In this document: piece after piece, positions 61,795 to 64,000 of the stretch | How positions within the stretch are numbered: the stretch's first letter is position 1 | Layout of the letters: the number at the start of each line of letters is the position of its first letter | DNA from: Paracoccaceae bacterium | GTDB lineage: Bacteria > Pseudomonadota > Alphaproteobacteria > Rhodobacterales > Rhodobacteraceae | Direction: 5' to 3' | DNA length: 64,000 nucleotides | Assembly (NCBI GenBank): GCA_018607905.1 | Contig: JABBAP010000005.1 | Coordinates: 94,699 to 158,698, forward strand | Position numbers and translations under genes: made by a program | The notes under the pieces: generated by a model | Databases searched by the model: none | What the model was told of the DNA's origin: nothing | What the model saw: the letters and a program-made list of their open reading frames with translations, nothing else

Positions 61795-63842
61795 TGGCTA
61801 TCGTAGATGATGGCACCCAAGACAGCATCGGAGGTATGACCCGTTTGCAGGTTGGACTGATCCTTCTTGTGGCGGCAGTTGTGCTGTGTTTTGCACGCGC
61901 TTTGGGCGTTTTGCCAGAGGCATTGATCCGCATTCCAGACGCTATGATCCCGCCTTTTGCTGTGTGGATGGACGCGATCTTTAATTTCTTACGCTACACG
62001 CTAAAACTTGAGGTTCTAACCCGTTGGTTCGCCGAAGGTCCGTTGGAATTTATGCTCGATACAACGGGTAACTTGCTGTACGGCAAGCGCCGTTGGCCGT
62101 TCCTTGGCCCAATCCCATGGACTGCAATCGCCGCTGCGATGGCCGTGGTTGGGTATTATCTTGGTGGCTGGCGCATGGCGCTTTTGGTCGGTGGCACCCT
62201 TGTTTGGACCGCGTTGATTGGCCAGTGGAAACTGGCCATGCAAACCATGTCTGTTCTGGTGGTTGCTGCGCCATTTGCCTTTGCGCTTGGCCTGTTGATC
62301 GGCATCTGGGCGTGGAAATCTCCAATGGTTGATAAAGCGGTCAAACCCATCCTGAGTGTTTTGCAGACACTGCCGTTTTTCACGTACCTGTTGCCCGCCG
62401 TTATTTTCTTTAAAGTTGGCCCAACCGCAGGGGCCGTGGCAACCATCGTTTATGCGATGCCACCGATGATTTTGATGACCACGCTGGGCCTGAAAAAGGT
62501 GTCACCCGAGGTCGTCGAGGCAGGCAAAATGTCTGGCTGTTCAAGGTGGCAAATGCTGCGTCACGTATACATTCCTGCCGCGCGGACCGAGATTCTTGTG
62601 GGTGTGAACCAAGTTATCATGCTGTGTTTAGCGATGGTTGTTCTAACCGCGTTTATCGGCATGCCGGGTCTTGGCGCTAAACTTTTGGCAATGATGGGCA
62701 GCTTCAAACTCGGTCGTTCGCTTGAAATCGGTGTGACGATTGTTTTGCTGGCTGTGATGCTCGATCAGATGTCAAAGGCTTGGGTTGTAAAGCAGCCTGA
62801 ACATTTTGATCGTGGTACTGCATGGTGGCGTCGGCATGTCTTTTTAATCATCGCGCTGGGCTGCTTTTTTGGCCTAACGGCTTTTGCGAAACTACCGCAA
62901 CTTATCGAATATTTTAATCTTGGTATATTTCCTTCTGAGGAGCCAAGCGTGTTGAGATCAGTAACCCAACCTTTAGACCACATCTCCAACAAGCAGCATT
63001 TTTCGCAGGGTAAAATTCTGGATAAATGGATCAAAAATATATTGGCTATCGATGCGATCCAAGCGGTCACGGATTTCTTGCGTTGGTTCTTTATCGTTTG
63101 GGTTCTGATCCCGTTCCGCACCGCACTTTTGTGGGTTCCGACGCCTGCGTTCATCTTGGTCGTTACCGCGTTTTCATTCTGGCTTGGTGGTAAGCGTCCC
63201 GCGATTTACGCGGCTGCATTCTTTACAATCGTTGCGCTCACGGGTTGGTGGGATCGTTCGATCATCACGCTTTATGCCGTTCTATCTGCGGTGATTATTT
63301 CCATGTTCATCGGTATCCCGCTTGGGATCACAGCAGCGCGGTCTGAAAAATGGTCACGGCGCATACTTTTGGCCTGTGATACGGCGCAAACTTTCCCGTC
63401 ATTCATCTATCTGATCCCCGCAATCATGTTGTTTGGCGTGAATGATTTGGCTGTCGTGTTCTCGATCGTGATCTTCACCACTGTGCCACTGACCCGCTAC
63501 ACCATCGAAGGTTTGCGCACTGTGCCGCTCGAAATGATTGAAGCTGCGGATATGTCGGGCGCAACGCGTCGGCAGAAATTGACCAGTGTGCAGCTGCCTT
63601 TGGCGTTACCAACGATGGCTGTTGGTTTTAACCAAGCGATCATTTTTGCCTTTTTCATGGTGATCATCGCGGCGTTTATTGGCACGCAGGATTTGGGCCA
63701 AGAATTGCAAAAAACTTTGGCGGGAACTGAGCTGGGTAAAAACTTTGTTCTGGGTATCAACGTGTCGCTGATGGCGCTGACCTTTGACATGACAATCATG
63801 GCTTGGGCAGAGCGGCGCAAACGTGCGTTAGGTCTGGGGTAG
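61794..63842 (+). CDS. tmoV: fused tandem ABC permease (TmoV-like)
   Basis: 682 aa with two complete permease modules, each with its own EAA loop ('EVVEAGKMSGCSRWQML' and 'EMIEAADMSGATRRQKL'). TAATG overlap with tmoW. Confidence 0.8.
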   Translation: MAIVDDGTQDSIGGMTRLQVGLILLVAAVVLCFARALGVLPEALIRIPDAMIPPFAVWMDAIFNFLRYTLKLEVLTRWFAEGPLEFMLDTTGNLLYGKRRWPFLGPIPWTAIAAAMAVVGYYLGGWRMALLVGGTLVWTALIGQWKLAMQTMSVLVVAAPFAFALGLLIGIWAWKSPMVDKAVKPILSVLQTLPFFTYLLPAVIFFKVGPTAGAVATIVYAMPPMILMTTLGLKKVSPEVVEAGKMSGCSRWQMLRHVYIPAARTEILVGVNQVIMLCLAMVVLTAFIGMPGLGAKLLAMMGSFKLGRSLEIGVTIVLLAVMLDQMSKAWVVKQPEHFDRGTAWWRRHVFLIIALGCFFGLTAFAKLPQLIEYFNLGIFPSEEPSVLRSVTQPLDHISNKQHFSQGKILDKWIKNILAIDAIQAVTDFLRWFFIVWVLIPFRTALLWVPTPAFILVVTAFSFWLGGKRPAIYAAAFFTIVALTGWWDRSIITLYAVLSAVIISMFIGIPLGITAARSEKWSRRILLACDTAQTFPSFIYLIPAIMLFGVNDLAVVFSIVIFTTVPLTRYTIEGLRTVPLEMIEAADMSGATRRQKLTSVQLPLALPTMAVGFNQAIIFAFFMVIIAAFIGTQDLGQELQKTLAGTELGKNFVLGINVSLMALTFDMTIMAWAERRKRALGLG

Positions 63843-64000
63843 AGAGCGCAAACAAAGATGTTTAGGATGGATTGGTGCAGACTGCCGAACAATCCTAGAA
63901 CCGCTTGGCCTTTTTGGCGAAAGACTTTTTGGTGCCCAGAAGAGGACGTCGAACTTTCTATGTTCTGATTTAATTACAGATACTTATTTTAGTTCAAAAA

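Overview
This 64-kb chromosomal segment looks like a marine Rhodobacterales (Roseobacter-group) alphaproteobacterium. That placement is an inference from gene content and synteny only; no database search was possible. I count about 62 protein-coding genes. There is no rRNA, no intact tRNA, no CRISPR array, no transposase or integrase, and no recognisable defence genes.

Layout:
1. 1-5.5 kb: partition block mnmE-mnmG-rsmG-parA-parB, with three perfect 16-bp parS palindromes, all inside coding sequence.
2. 5.4-19.7 kb: housekeeping and heat-shock genes (ybaN, hemW, rdgB, rph / hrcA, grpE, a VOC protein / mutS / maeB / dnaJ, dnaK / alkB).
3. 19.9-29.2 kb: surface-glycan locus (cysQ, kdsB, GT2, galU, GT4, GT2-like, a GT14 gene split by one in-frame TAA, and a two-domain sulfotransferase).
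4. 29.2-33.0 kb: ptsN-hpf and lptB-lptA-lptC plus an RNase D-like exonuclease, with rpoN absent from its usual slot.
5. 33.2-42.8 kb: phenylacetate catabolon (paaJABCDE / paaR-paaK-paaG / paaZ).
6. 43.8-63.8 kb: an uninterrupted methylated-amine super-cluster (tdm, tmm, gmaS, mgsABC, amt, dmmDABC, an XRE-cupin regulator, tmoXWV).

Items most worth follow-up:
- a truncated haemoglobin and a secreted protein translationally coupled to tdm;
- a 71-aa membrane protein, instead of glnK, behind amt;
- a perfect 22-bp tandem repeat in the amt/dmmD divergent promoter region;
- the nonsense-split GT14 gene and the tandem sulfotransferase in a probable sulfated-glycan locus;
- a tRNA-3'-end-like remnant followed by ~20% GC DNA at the right window edge.

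I found no clearly new multi-gene system such as a defence island. Family assignments rest on motifs I could read in the translations plus gene context.
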